From: an uncultured delta proteobacterium
GTDB taxonomy: Bacteria; Myxococcota_A; Polyangia; Haliangiales; Haliangiaceae
DNA length: 64,000 nucleotides
Direction: 5' to 3'
Assembly (NCBI GenBank): GCA_963743525.1
Contig: CAVUQH010000002.1
Span: 160,001-224,000, forward strand
Shown here: one piece after another, positions 63,850 to 64,000 of the stretch
Layout of the letters: every line of letters starts with the position of its first letter
How positions within the stretch are numbered: the stretch's first letter is position 1
Translations under genes and position numbers: made by a program
The notes under the pieces: generated by a model
Databases searched by the model: none
Told to the model about the DNA's origin: nothing
The model's input: the letters and a program-made list of their open reading frames with translations, nothing else

Positions 63850-64000
63850 TCAATCCCTCATCGGAAGACCACGCAGGTAGTCCGTCTTGCCCAGCGACAC
63901 GCCGTTGTGGCGGAGGATCTGGTAGGCGCTGGCGGTGTGGAAGTAGAAGTTGGGCAGCGCGAAGTAGCGGACGTAGTCGTCGCCTCGCACCCACTTGCCC
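63850..64000 (-). CDS. DUF1993 family protein, 3' end only
   Basis: Minus strand ..FALPNFYFHTASAYQILRHNGVSLGKTDYL..*. Confidence 0.88.
   Translation of the reverse strand, partial: GKWVRGDDYVRYFALPNFYFHTASAYQILRHNGVSLGKTDYLRGLPMRD

Overview
This is a high-GC, gene-dense bacterial chromosome segment with most genes on the minus strand. Its gene content (Tgl-like TPR lipoprotein, AgmX/PglI C-terminal domain, MXAN_5187-type protein, PEGA proteins, Ser/Thr kinase, many lipoproteins) points to a myxobacterium (Myxococcota; inference). Housekeeping genes are serC, serA, nadD, a NamZ-like gene, mutS, ppdK, glyS/glyQ and recO. The main candidate for an undescribed system is a six-gene minus-strand cluster (24318-34362) behind a sigma54-type promoter. 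It encodes two hydrazine-synthase-alpha (HzsA)-like beta-propeller/c-heme lipoproteins, one carrying three extra cytochrome domains with non-canonical CX4-6CH motifs, plus an exported HEAT protein with a CxxC motif and PEGA/Ig-type envelope proteins; no HzsB/C partners are in the cluster. A second theme is three intergenic cassettes: a four-helix-bundle gene with a phased hexamer array, an HNH nuclease gene with a 12-bp tandem array, and a gene-less hexamer array. All three share strong hairpins and a C-rich motif. Three single-base frameshifts in short homopolymers suggest assembly errors. No rRNA, tRNA or CRISPR array was recognised. Family calls come from motif recognition by eye, not from database searches.
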